Positions 62,629 through 63,945 of a stretch of DNA of 63,945 nucleotides are shown piece after piece. Under the pieces are notes generated by a model. It was not told where the DNA came from, did not search any database, and saw only the letters and a program-made list of their open reading frames with translations. Source of the DNA: Rectinemataceae bacterium (GTDB lineage Bacteria > Spirochaetota > Spirochaetia > Treponematales > Rectinemataceae); contig DATJQN010000235.1 in the NCBI GenBank assembly GCA_035505775.1, positions 1 to 63,945 of the forward strand. The letters are read 5' to 3'. A program made the position numbers and the translations under genes. Each line of letters opens with the position of its first letter. The stretch's first letter is position 1.

Positions 62629-63876
62629 TCAGGGAAGGTCGGGCTCCGCGGCCGAGCCGACGCGCGGGGCCGCGCGGGCTGTCCGCGGAAAGCGAAGGGA
62701 CCATCGCGGGCCGCCCGGCGTACCGGCCACCGACTCGCCGCGCAGCTGCTTGACCAGGACGTCGATCAGCGCAACTCCGAGACTCTCTGCCTTTGTCTCG
62801 GCCGCCGATTCTTCGGCGTGCTCCAGGGCATTGCTCTCCATCGAGAGCAGGATTCCATCGGATTCGCCCAAGCTGAACCGAACCTGCCCCACCTGACCCG
62901 CCGGATACCTGCGGCGCTCGGCGTCGGAGACAAGCTCATTCAGCAGAAGACCGAAGGGCACGGCAAAGTCCAGATCGACGCCGAGCGGGCTTTCCGCATC
63001 CAGGACAAACTCGACGAATCCCACGGATCCGACGGAACTGATCAGACTGCGGGAGTAGCCGACGAGGTCGATGTCGATCAGTTCCTTCGTTTCGTGGAGC
63101 GTCTCGTGCACCAGCGCCATCGCCTGGATCCGCTGCGTGCTGGCCTCCAGCGCGGCCCGGGCGGAGCCGCCGCCCGGATAGTCCGACTCGAGCCGCAGGA
63201 GGCTTGCCGTGAGCTGGAGGTTGTTCTTGACCCGATGATGGAGCTCCCGCAGCATCACGGAGCGTTCGGCCAGCGCCCGGGCCAGCTCGGCCGTCCGCTC
63301 CGCAACCCGCGTTTCGAGCAGGGCCTTGTCCTCGCGATGTCTGAGCTCGTGGCGGAGGATGACACTGCCGTAAAGGATGGCGATGCATGCCACTCCAAAC
63401 ATCGCACCGAGGGCTTCAGGTAAAGGCGACTTGGAATACTGCTGATATCCAAAATAGATCGAGACTGGATAGATCGCGGCAACGATCACCATCGTTGTCA
63501 GTGCAGGAAGTCGGCCAAAGCTGTATTCGAAAACAAGTAAGAACCCGAATATCAGAAAAATCGCGCTTGAGATGTCTCCGCTTCGTGCGGTCGCACTGGA
63601 GAGCAGTGCAGTAACGATAAAGATGAGAACTTGAAACCAGCGTGAAACTTGTGACCGCCAATATGCAGTAATCCAGCCGAACGAACCGATGGCAAAAACC
63701 GCCATCACCCTCCAATCGAGAAGCGTTGTCAGTAGGCTTCGCTCATGGAAACGCAGCAGGGAAAAAGTGTTGAAAACTCCCACCAACAATCCAGTAATAC
63801 CAACACTGATGCCGATGAGCCGTTGAAGACCCATCTCATCCTTTCCCCACTGCAGGACACGTGATTCCTTCATCAA
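62629..63876 (-). CDS. membrane HisKA_2-type sensor histidine kinase with a degenerate ATP-binding domain
   Basis: About 5 TM segments, coiled linker, and H-box LRELHHRVKNNLQ. The N-box reads NELVSDAERRRY and no DxGxG G1 box is visible. Confidence 0.7.
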   Translation of the reverse strand: MMKESRVLQWGKDEMGLQRLIGISVGITGLLVGVFNTFSLLRFHERSLLTTLLDWRVMAVFAIGSFGWITAYWRSQVSRWFQVLIFIVTALLSSATARSGDISSAIFLIFGFLLVFEYSFGRLPALTTMVIVAAIYPVSIYFGYQQYSKSPLPEALGAMFGVACIAILYGSVILRHELRHREDKALLETRVAERTAELARALAERSVMLRELHHRVKNNLQLTASLLRLESDYPGGGSARAALEASTQRIQAMALVHETLHETKELIDIDLVGYSRSLISSVGSVGFVEFVLDAESPLGVDLDFAVPFGLLLNELVSDAERRRYPAGQVGQVRFSLGESDGILLSMESNALEHAEESAAETKAESLGVALIDVLVKQLRGESVAGTPGGPRWSLRFPRTARAAPRVGSAAEPDLP

Positions 63877-63945
63877 TCTGTGTTAGCCGACGCCCCAGAA
63901 ACTCAACGGTATCGCCCCGACCGGCGCAATCTCATCCATCTCCTC

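Noticed and set aside
1-63945. Search for CRISPR arrays, tRNA/rRNA genes, transposases, integrases, toxin-antitoxin pairs, or restriction and other defence genes
   Set aside because: None recognised. Intergenic spacers are short apart from the mgtA leader and the msrAB/exbB spacer, and every long ORF with motif support is metabolic, transport, regulatory or respiratory.

Overview
Densely coding bacterial chromosomal segment, roughly two-thirds G+C by eye. It holds about 60 protein genes on both strands, many joined by 4-nt ATGA/GTGA start-stop overlaps. I recognise no rRNA, tRNA, CRISPR array, transposase, integrase or phage gene, so this looks like core chromosome rather than a mobile island.

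Gene content, left to right:
- U32-family protein; IclR regulator; REC-GGDEF plus cytoplasmic PAS/GAF histidine kinase; ssb; Bor-like lipoprotein; an intact SCO copper chaperone.
- A Fur-family regulator heading modABC; a small ferredoxin tightly coupled to a thioredoxin-reductase-like flavoprotein; a SAM methyltransferase.
- An operon of Mrp/NBP35 ATPase, NifX-fold protein, DUF134-NifX fusion and AhpD-like protein. This resembles the orange-protein module and is my top candidate for an under-described system.
- Hemerythrin; EamA transporter.
- A CUT1-type sugar ABC importer followed by a membrane AraC regulator and an AtpZ-like protein.
- A Zn/Mn-type ABC importer with no binding protein, led by an RHH plus zinc-ribbon regulator.
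- Heme O synthase and a caa3-type cytochrome c oxidase operon in non-canonical order: DUF2231-cytochrome c fusion, Cys-less SCO paralogue, CoxI, CoxIII, CoxIV, CoxII-cyt c.
- mgtA with a roughly 370-nt structured leader and a translationally coupled EIIA(Ntr)-like gene.
- Amidohydrolase, DUF2127 protein, CrtI-like oxidoreductase.
- A TetR/SDR/thiolase/OYE/AIM24/nitronate-monooxygenase block.
- A PEGA/FlgD-Ig lipoprotein with a barrel-like C-terminus; secreted MsrAB; ExbB-ExbD-TonB-like.
- A Gfo/Idh/MocA remnant; RpiR-PfkB kinase-gnd; a heterodimeric ABC exporter; PEBP.
- An HcnAB-like fused iron-sulfur flavoprotein with a DAO-type partner.
- A HisKA_2 kinase whose 5' half drops to about 48% G+C.

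Smaller-scale signals are several in-frame 12/15-nt minisatellites at gene termini, several near-consensus promoters with overlapping palindromic operators, and two CTAG shared stop codons between convergent genes.

Long ORFs antisense to recognised genes (up to 1131 aa) are judged compositional artefacts. All family assignments are by-eye motif recognition; no searches were run.
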